From positions 3,705-67,704 of the IMG/VR virus record IMGVR_UViG_3300049440_000156: a stretch of DNA of 64,000 nucleotides. One strand, written 5' to 3'. The position numbers and the translations under genes are program-made. Positions 19,985 through 29,589 of this stretch are shown here, in pieces. The notes beneath the pieces are model-generated. The model was not told where the DNA came from and made no database searches. It saw only the letters and a list, made by a program, of their open reading frames with translations. Numbering within the stretch: position 1 is the stretch's first letter; the number at the start of each line of letters is the position of its first letter. The stretch is from a virus.

Positions 19985-20414
19985 TGGCTACCTTTTGCGC
20001 TATGTCGCTGAAGAGAGTGCTCGCCTGAGTTGCCGCCAAATCTGCCGTTGCCGGATCCATTGCCGGCCTGATCTTTGCGAGCGATGGCCGCCGTTGCCGT
20101 TCTACCCTGCGGAGTGCTGGCCCCAGATGCTCTGGGCGGGTTCGCGCCAACCGCTTCAATTGAAGCTTCATTTGCTGCACCGCTTCTTTGTAGCGGCTCT
20201 CTGGCGTCTCCGGCTCCTGTTCGATCAACTGATCTTCCGCTTCGCCGCCGCTTTGAAAGTCCGCGCCCATGCGCTGGTAGTAGAGGTTATGCAGCAGGAC
20301 GCGCTCTTTGTCGCATTTATCGAAACGCTCGTCTGCCTTGCGCAGCTCGTTCCGGTGGTAGCGAGTGAGTAGCGCCAGTCCAAGAATGATGAGAAGCCAC
20401 TGGTCGAGGGTCAC
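19956..20414 (-). CDS. Hypothetical protein with N-terminal TM helix
   Basis: WLLIILGLALL followed by coiled coil. Confidence 0.6.
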   Translation of the reverse strand: MTLDQWLLIILGLALLTRYHRNELRKADERFDKCDKERVLLHNLYYQRMGADFQSGGEAEDQLIEQEPETPESRYKEAVQQMKLQLKRLARTRPEHLGPALRRVERQRRPSLAKIRPAMDPATADLAATQASTLFSDIAQKVANGRPTHNGG

Positions 20415-20668
20415 TGTTTGTTCTTCTTTTTGCGCACCGCTTCCAACATCCTCATGCCGGGGTCGAGGCTCTTTCTGTACTCACAGGTGCCGCACTGGAA
20501 TTGCGTGGTCTGCTTATTCTCTCGCTCGAATTCATTGCAGCAGCCGCGATACTTGCTTATTCCGCCGTCCACCTTGACCTTGTGGCAGTCGTCGTCTTTG
20601 ACGGCTCCGACCAGCTCCATGTAGCCAGCTTTGTCGGCGGGTATCCTGGTGTCTTCGGCTCCGGACAT
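20411..20668 (-). CDS. Small Cys-rich basic protein
   Basis: TGATG overlap with upstream gene; GCCN, CGTCEY. Confidence 0.6.
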   Translation of the reverse strand: MSGAEDTRIPADKAGYMELVGAVKDDDCHKVKVDGGISKYRGCCNEFERENKQTTQFQCGTCEYRKSLDPGMRMLEAVRKKKNKQ

Positions 20669-20985
20669 CAGGCTATTGCTCGCTCTCCAACGCGATGCCA
20701 CGTTTCTGGTTTAGCGCTTACTATGCGCGCCTTTTCGACCACTCGCCTCAGTTCGTCGGCTATTTCTGTTTCGCTCCATTTCAATTTCACAGGTGTGGCG
20801 TAATACATTTGGGCATCGCCATCAAAGAAGGGACACACCACAAATAGAGATTCACCGTTAAACAGAAACCGTCCGAACCTGTCCTTATAAACACTGAAGC
20901 CCTCAGGGAGAACTAGCGCCGCACGGTCCAGCCTGAGGTCAAACTCGTAAACCTTTTTCTGAAAATCACTCAATTTAAAAGTCAT
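20668..20985 (-). CDS. Hypothetical protein
   Basis: Coupled ORF. Confidence 0.55.
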   Translation of the reverse strand: MTFKLSDFQKKVYEFDLRLDRAALVLPEGFSVYKDRFGRFLFNGESLFVVCPFFDGDAQMYYATPVKLKWSETEIADELRRVVEKARIVSAKPETWHRVGERAIA

Positions 20986-21621
20986 TTACCACGCGATCCC
21001 GAACACCGCGAACCCAGACTGTGCGCCCATATTGTTCGTCAGTGTCACTGAAGTAACGGAGGTGATGCTGGTCGTGGCTCCGGAAACCCACGCGCCATTA
21101 CACAAGTCAAAGGCCGCCTGGGTTCCTATCGCGCCGGTCCCGGTGACCGAATGAACCATTACGGTCTTCTCGGTCTTCTCGCTTGAATTGTTGATGACGA
21201 CTTCAAAGTTCCGCGTCAGTGTGGAATCGGCCGGCGCAAGCTTTATGACGTTGGTCGTCGCTGCAGTCGCGCCCGCCGCAAATGTGACTCCGCCTGCCGC
21301 CATCGTGTTGCATTCATAGCGGTAGTTGTTGCCGGTGTCGCCGTTGAATCTGTAGCCAGCCGTGTCGCCGCCGCCACCGTAGCCAGAGACGTAGTCGTAG
21401 ATAATCAGCTTGCGCCATTGCAGTCCTGACGGTGGAGGCGGGAAGTTACACGGCCCGATGGTGTTCCCGGCCACAGCAATTGACGCTTTACAGAGAAACT
21501 GGAACGCCGGCGCCTGAATCTTTCCGCCAGTACGCTGGGCATCGACCGCCAGCTCTGGACACACAGCCAATATGAACAGCGATATAAGCGCAAGCGCGCA
21601 GAGTCTCCGCAGTTGTTTCAC
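20986..21621 (-). CDS. Fibre-tip / receptor-binding-like domain with signal peptide
   Basis: N-terminal MKQLRRLCALALISLFILAV...AVDA; YRFNGDTGNNY and AWVSG..SITSVT..GFAVFG resemble phage fibre C-terminal domains. Confidence 0.55.
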   Translation of the reverse strand: MKQLRRLCALALISLFILAVCPELAVDAQRTGGKIQAPAFQFLCKASIAVAGNTIGPCNFPPPPSGLQWRKLIIYDYVSGYGGGGDTAGYRFNGDTGNNYRYECNTMAAGGVTFAAGATAATTNVIKLAPADSTLTRNFEVVINNSSEKTEKTVMVHSVTGTGAIGTQAAFDLCNGAWVSGATTSITSVTSVTLTNNMGAQSGFAVFGIAW

Positions 21622-21966
21622 TTAGTCTGTCTCCCTGAAGCGGATGTTGGTCGCGGCAGCCGTCGCCGAAGTCGCCTTAAACAAAGTCGTTGCGGCTGGA
21701 GCGCCGGTGAATCCCTGAGCTGGTGCGCCCTGGATTGGCCCTGCACCGCGCCCCTGCGCTGTTGGGTTTTCAAGAATTAGTGGCTCAGTTGCCGGCCCGA
21801 CCTGGTAGGTTCCGACAAAGGCGTCGTCTGGCACCTGGTAGATCAATCCTTGTGGCGTCGTGGCTTCGTCTTCGATGATCTCCACGCGCCGCGTCCAGCG
21901 GGTTGCCAGCACCGACACCTGCGCGCCGCCTGCAGCATTCAAAGCAATCAGCCTCAGGTTTGGCAT
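21622..21966 (-). CDS. Hypothetical beta-rich protein
   Basis: TAATG coupling; starts MPNLRLIAL. Confidence 0.6.
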   Translation of the reverse strand: MPNLRLIALNAAGGAQVSVLATRWTRRVEIIEDEATTPQGLIYQVPDDAFVGTYQVGPATEPLILENPTAQGRGAGPIQGAPAQGFTGAPAATTLFKATSATAAATNIRFRETD

Positions 21967-22319
21967 TAGTGGCCTCCAGCAAGAAAGGCTTCGAGATCCA
22001 CCGCAGAGATACAGTGAACTTCGGCATTTCGCTTGGTAGGTTCGGCATGGTTGGCCGGCCAGAGACGGTGTGCGCAACAAATCACAGTCTTCACCCCAGA
22101 CCAGCTACCAACTCCAGTCATCAACTGATTGAAGCGGGCTACACCCAAAGCCGCCGTCAAATCGTCTGAGTCGTACAGCTCAAGCAATATCCCGCTTGCG
22201 CCCTGGCCGCCCTGTTGTACTGGTTGGATCGTCAGAGCGCCAGAACGCGGGAACTTCGATTTGAACTGCTGCAGGCGTTGCTTGCCGTGTTCCGGTGAAC
22301 TGAGTGGCGTTGTGCTCAT
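21966..22319 (-). CDS. Hypothetical protein
   Basis: Coupled ORF. Confidence 0.55.
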   Translation of the reverse strand: MSTTPLSSPEHGKQRLQQFKSKFPRSGALTIQPVQQGGQGASGILLELYDSDDLTAALGVARFNQLMTGVGSWSGVKTVICCAHRLWPANHAEPTKRNAEVHCISAVDLEAFLAGGH

Positions 22320-22513
22320 TTCTTTTTCCTCTTCACAGCCTCAAGCAACCTGTGGCCCGGTTCCTGGTACTCGGTCTTTCCTGCTGCTGCCTTCTCGCGT
22401 TCGCTCAACATGATGGCCAGAGCTTGTGATTTTTTCTTGACCACTGGCCCGTCAGGACTGCCCGAGTGAAGCTTGCCCGCCGAGAATTTCGGCATCACCT
22501 CGCTAGCGGGCAT
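22316..22513 (-). CDS. DUF6496-like small basic protein
   Basis: VMPKFSAGKLHSGS..GPVVKKKSQALAIMLSE. Confidence 0.7.
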   Translation of the reverse strand: MPASEVMPKFSAGKLHSGSPDGPVVKKKSQALAIMLSEREKAAAGKTEYQEPGHRLLEAVKRKKK

Positions 22514-22517
22514 TTGT

Positions 22518-22694
22518 TTAGCGGCGCCCCTTGTACTTCTCAATCTGCTTCGCAAATCGCGGAGGAGACGAAGTGGGAGAGCCTGGCGCTTTGGTCGGCA
22601 GAGACGGATTGCTTTCTGAAACAGGTTGCGCAACCGCTCCCCGCCGTGACGACAGTATTGCGACTGCTTTCTTTTTCTTGTCGTTGTAGTCCAT
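22518..22694 (-). CDS. Small basic protein
   Basis: GGGAG RBS before MDYNDKKKK. Confidence 0.5.
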   Translation of the reverse strand: MDYNDKKKKAVAILSSRRGAVAQPVSESNPSLPTKAPGSPTSSPPRFAKQIEKYKGRR

Positions 22695-22756
22695 ACGCTC
22701 TCCCGAGACGCCTTCTTTTTGTAGAGGGAATGAACTGGCCGAAGTGAGGCCGGTCA

Positions 22757-24481
22757 TTAGCTGCCCGGAACAGGCGTGATTGTGATCTTCCTGACCGTGA
22801 AGGTAGTGAACGATGACGCGGTTGCAGTTAAGCGCACATCCAGAAAGTTCTGCGCTGTCAGGTCAATCGCGGAAGATGGCGCGGTTGTAGTATCAAGTTG
22901 TGGGCCAAAAGCAGGCGGGACAGCGTTACCTGCAGTCACCGAGGTTGAGAACCCGGTATCTGTGTTGCACTCAATAGTGCCCGTGGCTCCAATAGCTGAC
23001 GTACTGCAAATCATAGAGTACGTCCAGTTAGAAGCGCCGGCAGGATTCCAGGTGCCTGAGGCGGTGAACGGAACCGAATCGATCGTTTGCACGCCGGTAG
23101 CCTGGCGAGGGCCGAGAGTTACAACAAAGCTTCCAGCAACGGTTGCCGCTGCGGGAGTGCCTACACCTTCAAATTTAACGTGCCATGCCTTTTCAAGACC
23201 CTGATTGAAGAAGCCAGTTGGCAACGGCACTTCTGCTGCGGTCTGTACGGTCGTGACCGTGGTGATAGCTGAAAATGGACCGTAGACAGCCTGAAATCCA
23301 GGGCTTGAAGGAATCTCGGATACCATCGACAATCCTGTCGCCGTAGCCAAGCCAAGCGACACAGCACCTTGTAGAGGAATGCCGGCCGTGCCGGTGATGA
23401 TCGAAACAATCACGGAGTTGGACGTGAGCGCGCACGATATGGCCACAATGCTGGTCGTGCTGGTCGCGCACTGATTGCCCACGGTCGGCGCCGCGGTGTT
23501 TGGAGCGTAGAGAATTTCAGTAAGGGTAGCGCCGCCGTTGGCTGAAAGGTAGGTGCGATAGCCAACTGAGTTGGGACATCCAGCCGTACCGGGAGCGGTG
23601 ACTGTAATCGAGTTGGTCGAGCCCGCGCCGGTCGTAACCACCGCGTTTGCAGAGGTGTCCGTCGAGATAGCAGTCTCGCGCCCGATCGCGTCCATGCAGG
23701 TAATTGTGGCCCGGATCGCCTGCCCGGTGGCGATTGATCCTCCGGTCGTCGCGGTGTTGAGTGTTGCCGCAGCGCCACCCACCGTGGTCAATGCCGTAGG
23801 AGCCGCAGTCAGTGATAGTGAAGTGCCTTTAACTGAGTACCACTGGCTTAGTCCGTTTGAAATATCGTGGACGTAAATATTTGCCAGTACGTTCTTGGCG
23901 CCGGTAATCGTGGTATTAGGCACGCCAGGGGACGCGCCCTTACATCCCAGAGCAACAGATTCTTGTGTGTACTCGACGACGCCACCAGTTGCGCCTAGAT
24001 CGTTGATTGCTTCCTGGAGTCCGCACGTGCCTGAAGATAATCTGTAAGACACGTGCGAGTTGTTGTTGGCCAGGACCAGCGTGCAGACGCTCCCGGAGAT
24101 GCTGGAGCTGGTCAGGTTTACCGTCTCAGTGTTGGCCGCCGTCGCATCCGTGATGGTCACGCTAATGTTCGGCGTCGATTGCGTCGGCCCTGTCGCCACG
24201 GGAGCGGTGAACGGATTCACGTTGCCGCGGCCGCCAAAGCTCAAGGCGTTGGTGCAGACTCCAGCCGGAAACGTGAAATTAAGATTCCCGCCGGCAGTAG
24301 CGTCAATAACATAGTTGTAGGCCGAAGCGGTTCTGACGTTGTTCTGCGCCCATGGAGTAGCGCCAAACTGACCGTCAAATGCGTTGTTCTGGGCCAGCGC
24401 CGGGCTTGCCGTGCCGATGACCAGGCACGCGAGGGCCAGCAGTGTAAATGTGATCTTCGACACGGATGCGAATGCTTTCAT
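22757..24481 (-). CDS. Thr/Ala/Gly-rich fibre-like protein with Sec signal peptide
   Basis: MKAF...LLALACLVIGTASPALA|Q; GLQEAINDL..GGVV motif typical of tailspike necks; several Cys. Confidence 0.65.
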   Translation of the reverse strand: MKAFASVSKITFTLLALACLVIGTASPALAQNNAFDGQFGATPWAQNNVRTASAYNYVIDATAGGNLNFTFPAGVCTNALSFGGRGNVNPFTAPVATGPTQSTPNISVTITDATAANTETVNLTSSSISGSVCTLVLANNNSHVSYRLSSGTCGLQEAINDLGATGGVVEYTQESVALGCKGASPGVPNTTITGAKNVLANIYVHDISNGLSQWYSVKGTSLSLTAAPTALTTVGGAAATLNTATTGGSIATGQAIRATITCMDAIGRETAISTDTSANAVVTTGAGSTNSITVTAPGTAGCPNSVGYRTYLSANGGATLTEILYAPNTAAPTVGNQCATSTTSIVAISCALTSNSVIVSIITGTAGIPLQGAVSLGLATATGLSMVSEIPSSPGFQAVYGPFSAITTVTTVQTAAEVPLPTGFFNQGLEKAWHVKFEGVGTPAAATVAGSFVVTLGPRQATGVQTIDSVPFTASGTWNPAGASNWTYSMICSTSAIGATGTIECNTDTGFSTSVTAGNAVPPAFGPQLDTTTAPSSAIDLTAQNFLDVRLTATASSFTTFTVRKITITPVPGS

Positions 24482-24531
24482 GGTTGGAAGCTCCTGACGT
24501 CTGGAATTGAATTTGGGTGGAACTGAACTTG

Positions 24532-24789
24532 TTAGGTGTGCGCGTTATGCGCTTTGCCGTTAACCCGGCCTTTCAAATAGCCGATGTCTTCGGTGTGCTC
24601 GCCGATCTTTGACCACTGGTCTTTCTGTTCGGCCTCGATCTTCGATGTTCTCTCGGCTAGAGCGCCGATCGAGGTCTGGATGATGCCCTCTGTTTTACCG
24701 GCACGGCGTGCGGTGATAACTGCTGTGCCTACGACGCTGATAAACCCTGTAATGACCGCTCCGCCGATACCAGCTAAGGTTGCATCCAA
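24532..24789 (-). CDS. Small membrane protein (holin-like)
   Basis: N-terminal TM helix plus coiled coil ending IGYLKGR. Confidence 0.5.
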   Translation of the reverse strand: MDATLAGIGGAVITGFISVVGTAVITARRAGKTEGIIQTSIGALAERTSKIEAEQKDQWSKIGEHTEDIGYLKGRVNGKAHNAHT

Positions 24790-24822
24790 GGGGATTGACT
24801 CCTGGTGTAAAATGGCTGGCCT

Positions 24823-25263
24823 ATGAAAGCCCTGTTCTACCGCTCGCTTTTTGTTTTAACTTCCTGCCTTGTCTACCGCCTACAAGGGCGTCTCGGACTT
24901 GGCTACTGGATACCAGGATCATGGGAGGGTGCAGTAACTTTTGTCGGTATGATCGCATTTTCAGTATCCGTAACCTGCGGGATATTCTTGACGGCTAAAC
25001 CTACCATTGCTTTCGTTGGTCATCACTGGAGACTTGCGCTGAGCTCTGTCGCAATCGTTATCGTTGGGACGGCCTTGATGTATTTTTGGCCTAAGCATGT
25101 GGTTAAGCCACAGATAGAAGTTATTCAGCCTTCGCCATCGCCGATTCCAGAAACATCAGTCTCCGTACCACTCGATGAACTGGATCAAGTTCCTCCAAAA
25201 AAGAAAGATCAAAACGCAATAAAACCACCGCCGGGATATGTGCTCGACTCGAAAACCAAATGA
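24823..25263 (+). CDS. Moron-like 3-TM membrane protein, candidate superinfection exclusion
   Basis: Opposite strand to the late operon, AT-richer, three hydrophobic segments, tail SVPLDELDQ...PPPGYVLD. Confidence 0.7.
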   Translation: MKALFYRSLFVLTSCLVYRLQGRLGLGYWIPGSWEGAVTFVGMIAFSVSVTCGIFLTAKPTIAFVGHHWRLALSSVAIVIVGTALMYFWPKHVVKPQIEVIQPSPSPIPETSVSVPLDELDQVPPKKKDQNAIKPPPGYVLDSKTK

Positions 25264-25355
25264 AACGCTCACTTCCCTACGAAAACAGCATTTACAATTG
25301 GCACTGGAAGGCCCTTAAAGCCCTCTGGGAGTTCATGAAATCACTGAGAAAATAA
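25260..25355 (+). CDS. 31-aa peptide MKRSLPYENSIYNWHWKALKALWEFMKSLRK
   Basis: ATGA overlap with the preceding gene; amphipathic; hand translated. Confidence 0.4.
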   Translation: MKRSLPYENSIYNWHWKALKALWEFMKSLRK

Positions 25356-25374
25356 CAACAAGAAAGAACGCAAG

Positions 25375-25521
25375 ATGCTCGACCTGTTAGCCGCTGGATT
25401 GCTCTTCAAGATCGCCGCTTCTGCCGCCTGCCTCGTAGTGTTTTCCCTCATCCTTGTTTCAATCCTTGGAGCAGCAGCCAAACACTCCGACAAGAAAGCA
25501 TGGCCCGAGCGTAAGGACTAA
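25375..25521 (+). CDS. 48-aa single-TM protein
   Basis: MLDLLAAGLLFKIAASAACLVVFSLILVSILGAAAK...; hand translated. Confidence 0.45.
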   Translation: MLDLLAAGLLFKIAASAACLVVFSLILVSILGAAAKHSDKKAWPERKD

Positions 25522-28115
25522 CGCGCAAAGCAGCTCACCTGGAGCACATCGTTCGCGCTGAAGTTCGCTCCAACCGCCACGTCATTAAAATTGGTGATGG
25601 TTATGCTGCTCGCTCCGGTAGCGGTCTGCTTCTGTAAAAACACCGTAGTTGAGTTCGTCGATATGTCCGTCGCGTAGCAATTCCAGCCATTTGAAGCGGT
25701 CGGCATAGTGACGGTGCAGGCTGTTGTCGGCGCTGTCCCTACGTTGACCACAAAGGAAGCCGTTCCATTGCTCGTTCCAATACTTGCCGCCGATCCACCG
25801 CATCCCGCGCCTGCAATCGTTGGCTGGGTGCCTGAAAGGAGTAAGGCTTGCGTCATGTTCAGTGACGGCAGTTTGACGTTGCCTAAAAAGATCGAATTCC
25901 CGCTCACTGGGGCAATACAGAAAAGATCGGCTCCTCCTGTTGTGTCTCGCCACACCACAGATTCATTCACTGTGCAGAGCCCACTTGCAGTAGCGCGGAT
26001 CGTAAAGTCGGTGCGCTGAGAAGTATTCACCAGGGAGAACCCGACGTTATTGTTCCCGGTTTGCGTGATACGTAAATCCGGGCCGCCGCTGCCGCTCTGA
26101 ATCTCAAATAGAGCGTTTGGCGTAAAGCTCGCCACTCCCACTCCGGTCTTGCCGGTCCCTGCAGTTACGATATGGAGGAAGTTCGCGGACTTTGGCGCAA
26201 TGGTGAAATCCATAGCGATGTTCGATTGCCAGGTGCCGTCATCATTCCCGGCAGCGAATAGATTTGTGACTGTGCCACCATAGACATAGCTGGCCGCGCC
26301 GCCATCGGTGTTGTTTCCGCTGATCTTCGTGTTATCGCCTGAGTTTGCCTGAATATCTGACCCAGCGTTTGGATTACAGCCGGTAACGGTATTGCCAGCA
26401 ATGTTGACGAATTGATTTACTGGCGGATCGGCTGGTCCTGCAGTATTGTGCCAACTGAAGATGCCATCCTGGGCTGTGCCGCCGTGGCAGATGACGGTGT
26501 TCCCGGAGATGTCCACATTAGAAGCGGAGCGGGCTGAGATGCCTACCGCTCCATTAAAAGTTACCGGCACGTCAATCGTATTATGGGAGACGGTGATTCT
26601 TTGCGAACCTACGCCTACCTCAATGGATGTGTCTTGCACTCCATTGATAGTATTGCCGGAAAAATCACATCCAACAATCCCATACCCAGTCGAGGCCACT
26701 TCACCCAACGAGAATATGCCGTCCGCCTGGCCGAGTGCCACGTTAATATGGTTGCCCTGAGCCTTACAGTTTGTCAGCGAAGAATCGACACCACCTTGTG
26801 AAGCCGGAGTATTACCAAACAAGATAGCACTGCCACCTTGAGGATTTACACCTGTGCCACCAATGTTTAAAAATGTATTGTTTCTGACGACGACATCATC
26901 TGCACCAACACCCGAATATCGGAATCCGTGATTGGTGGTGTTCTGAATTCTGGAATTCTGCAAAAGAAAGTGCGACCCAGCATTGTCTACAACGCCAGAA
27001 CCTCCGGTAGGATTACCGCTTACGTTCCCGTCGATCACCACACCATCAATCGTGACGTTGCTTCCACTGGTCGAAACAAAATTACCATTGATGGTGGAGG
27101 CTGCCGTCATCTGACAGGCCAGAGGCTCAGGACAAGCGACCGTACAGTTAGCCGGAATCGTCAAAGCTGGAACGCCTGAGGAGACTCCCAACGGTAGCCA
27201 GAAAAAGCCCGGCGTAGTTCCATTACATGCGAGATTGATGTTTGCCTGCGTTAGAACAGGTCCACTGATAGAGCCAACATTGAACAGCCCAAAGCCATTC
27301 AAACTGAGCGGCCCGTTGATGCTCTGTAGGCCATTGAACGCCGGTGTCGTCAGGATCGCCTGCGGATAAACTACGCCTGAACCCTGGCACACATTCGATT
27401 GCGGTGTACCGAGTGAGAGATTAACAGTCCCTCCCGATCCACCAGCCAGATAGAAGTACTGTGGATATCCAGGGATTGGTACACCAGTCGAGCTGGCGAG
27501 GCCTACGTCGTAGCAGACAAAACTCGGTTGCAGTTCGTCGTTGAAGCGCAGCTTACAGGCTGTCGTGTTTGACGCCGGTAGCGCCGCGCCGGACACCAAT
27601 ACTACGCTCTGGCTGAAGTTGGCCCACGATCCCGGAGTACCCGTGACTAAACCTTGCTGTGTTTCTGTTCCAGTTGAGGACGAAATATAAACTTTATAAC
27701 CACTTGCGCTGGCGGGCTGTTTGACCGGCGCAGTCACAATCAAAGTCCCTTGCGAAGCCAGTACGATCGAGCCTTCTGGGCCAGCAAAACTCTCGCCGGT
27801 TCCGTCAAAGTAGGTCAACCGCACGAAATAGGTTCCAGCAGCCAATGTCCCTGAAGCCAGATTGGTCGAGAGTACCGGCACAACCAGCGGGTTGGGCTCG
27901 CCTACTACATTTCCGTTCTGATCCGTAAAGCAGCTGACTGAAGAGGCTGCGATTGAAGCCGATCCAGAAACTAAAGCAGCCTGAGTCAATGTGAAGGTAA
28001 AAGTCCCATTGGCAACTGGCCCGAGTTGAGGGTTCTGAACCTGGCCCGTGACAGTGCCCGCATTAACGCTGGCTGCCATCAACAACATCAGGATGAGGAC
28101 AAGAAGTTTACGCAT
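25518..28115 (-). CDS. Parallel beta-helix tailspike-like protein with Sec signal peptide
   Basis: MRKLLVLILMLLMAASVNA|G; NVTIDGVVIDGN and repeated VxIxxNxI rungs. Confidence 0.8.
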   Translation of the reverse strand: MRKLLVLILMLLMAASVNAGTVTGQVQNPQLGPVANGTFTFTLTQAALVSGSASIAASSVSCFTDQNGNVVGEPNPLVVPVLSTNLASGTLAAGTYFVRLTYFDGTGESFAGPEGSIVLASQGTLIVTAPVKQPASASGYKVYISSSTGTETQQGLVTGTPGSWANFSQSVVLVSGAALPASNTTACKLRFNDELQPSFVCYDVGLASSTGVPIPGYPQYFYLAGGSGGTVNLSLGTPQSNVCQGSGVVYPQAILTTPAFNGLQSINGPLSLNGFGLFNVGSISGPVLTQANINLACNGTTPGFFWLPLGVSSGVPALTIPANCTVACPEPLACQMTAASTINGNFVSTSGSNVTIDGVVIDGNVSGNPTGGSGVVDNAGSHFLLQNSRIQNTTNHGFRYSGVGADDVVVRNNTFLNIGGTGVNPQGGSAILFGNTPASQGGVDSSLTNCKAQGNHINVALGQADGIFSLGEVASTGYGIVGCDFSGNTINGVQDTSIEVGVGSQRITVSHNTIDVPVTFNGAVGISARSASNVDISGNTVICHGGTAQDGIFSWHNTAGPADPPVNQFVNIAGNTVTGCNPNAGSDIQANSGDNTKISGNNTDGGAASYVYGGTVTNLFAAGNDDGTWQSNIAMDFTIAPKSANFLHIVTAGTGKTGVGVASFTPNALFEIQSGSGGPDLRITQTGNNNVGFSLVNTSQRTDFTIRATASGLCTVNESVVWRDTTGGADLFCIAPVSGNSIFLGNVKLPSLNMTQALLLSGTQPTIAGAGCGGSAASIGTSNGTASFVVNVGTAPTTACTVTMPTASNGWNCYATDISTNSTTVFLQKQTATGASSITITNFNDVAVGANFSANDVLQVSCFAR

Positions 28116-28611
28116 GAACTTCCGGCCTCCAGGTCTGATTCAGTAGCAATCGGCCAATTGAGGATTGTGCCAAGCCGAATCGTCGTGCGAGTTGCGGCTG
28201 AGATACACCGCCAGCGCTATAAATGCCACGGATTTCCTGGGCGGTCTCAAATGTAATCCGATTAGAGCCAAGCCGCTTCTTCCGGCACATGTCAATCGTG
28301 TTGTCGCGAGCCGTACCAATGAATAAATGCTCAGGGTTAACGCAGGCGCGGTTGTCGCATGAATGAAGGACACGCTTCCCGGCAGGAATATCACCACGAA
28401 ACAGCAGCCATGCCAGCCGATGAGATCGTACCTTTACCTTGAACTGGGATGTGGTAATCGTCATCTGCCCATAGCCGGTAGATGGATCGATTGAGGCCGT
28501 CCAACGCCAACACCCATCAGTCTTAACAACCTTTGCAAAAAAGCGAGGCTCAAGCGTCTCTCGTTGCAGCGCGACAATTCCAGACGTCAGGAATCTCAAG
28601 AATGATTTCAT
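28108..28611 (-). CDS. HNH homing endonuclease with C-terminal HTH
   Basis: GCWRWT, SHRLAW, VLHSCDNRACVNPEHL, QPQLARRFGLAQSSI. Confidence 0.9.
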   Translation of the reverse strand: MKSFLRFLTSGIVALQRETLEPRFFAKVVKTDGCWRWTASIDPSTGYGQMTITTSQFKVKVRSHRLAWLLFRGDIPAGKRVLHSCDNRACVNPEHLFIGTARDNTIDMCRKKRLGSNRITFETAQEIRGIYSAGGVSQPQLARRFGLAQSSIGRLLLNQTWRPEVHA

Positions 28612-28671
28612 GGGATAGAAAGAGGAAAGGGCCGGAGCCTTCTACGGCTGGCGGCCCATTGCCTGTGCTTT

Positions 28672-29304
28672 TTAGTTAGGCACCGCAATCTGGATCTGCG
28701 GGAAGTTCTTGACGCTGGCCTTGTTGAAGTTCTGGGCAAAAGTATGGGCCGAGACGACCTTTACTTTCTTGTTTGCCGTGGCGGCATGCGCGCTGATTGC
28801 TGAAGTCTGGGCAGCAACAGCGGCCGGCACAAACGATACCAGCTCATTCAAGAACAAAGTTACGCCATCCGCGATGAGCGCTGCCTGCGCTTGGGCCTTG
28901 GCGCTCTTCAGATGGAAAGCTGCGGTCAGGCTGGCAAGTTGCGCATCGATTGCCGCGACAAGCGTATTGGCCTGCTGTAGGGCTCCCGGAGGCGCCGACG
29001 CAAGATCGTTCTGGTACGTGGTAATCAGTTGCACCAGGCTGTTTACGTCTTTGACTGCCTCGGACGCAATGCCGTTCACCGTGGCTTTGAGGTTAGGGTC
29101 TGCCGCGGTCGGATCGATGACATTCACCAGATCGATGGCGGTATCCACGATGGCGATGACCGACGGCGCTTTGGCCAGAACGGTTTGGAGAGTCTGGAGC
29201 ACCTTGGCGCATCCAACCATTGGAACGATGATGCTGAACACAACCATGAAGGCTACCAGGCTGTGAATGAGACACTTGTTCGCGAACGTGTTTTGATTTT
29301 TCAC
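28672..29304 (-). CDS. Putative lipoprotein
   Basis: Hydrophobic segment ending in lipobox MVG|C. Confidence 0.6.
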   Translation of the reverse strand: MKNQNTFANKCLIHSLVAFMVVFSIIVPMVGCAKVLQTLQTVLAKAPSVIAIVDTAIDLVNVIDPTAADPNLKATVNGIASEAVKDVNSLVQLITTYQNDLASAPPGALQQANTLVAAIDAQLASLTAAFHLKSAKAQAQAALIADGVTLFLNELVSFVPAAVAAQTSAISAHAATANKKVKVVSAHTFAQNFNKASVKNFPQIQIAVPN

Positions 29305-29343
29305 GCTTTAAATCTCCTGAAACTGATTTTGATTTGACGAAGG

Positions 29344-29577
29344 TTACGCGGTCGGGGCCGTAGTAGCTTGTGATGTGGACACGGGAGGAATTGCAATCTT
29401 CGTCACCGTCATTGCTACTTCCATTTCCCCTTCGTTGAAGGCTGCCACCATCTTGTACTGAACCATTTCCTTGTCACTCGACTTGTCGGTCGAGATCATG
29501 GTGATTGCGTTAATGCTGCCATCCTCCGGCAAGCCAGAGAGTAAGGCGGCTGCTAGTGCCTGGAATTTCTTAATCAC
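29344..29577 (-). CDS. Hypothetical protein
   Basis: AAGGAG RBS. Confidence 0.55.
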   Translation of the reverse strand: MIKKFQALAAALLSGLPEDGSINAITMISTDKSSDKEMVQYKMVAAFNEGEMEVAMTVTKIAIPPVSTSQATTAPTA

Positions 29578-29589
29578 AGTGTTTCTCCT

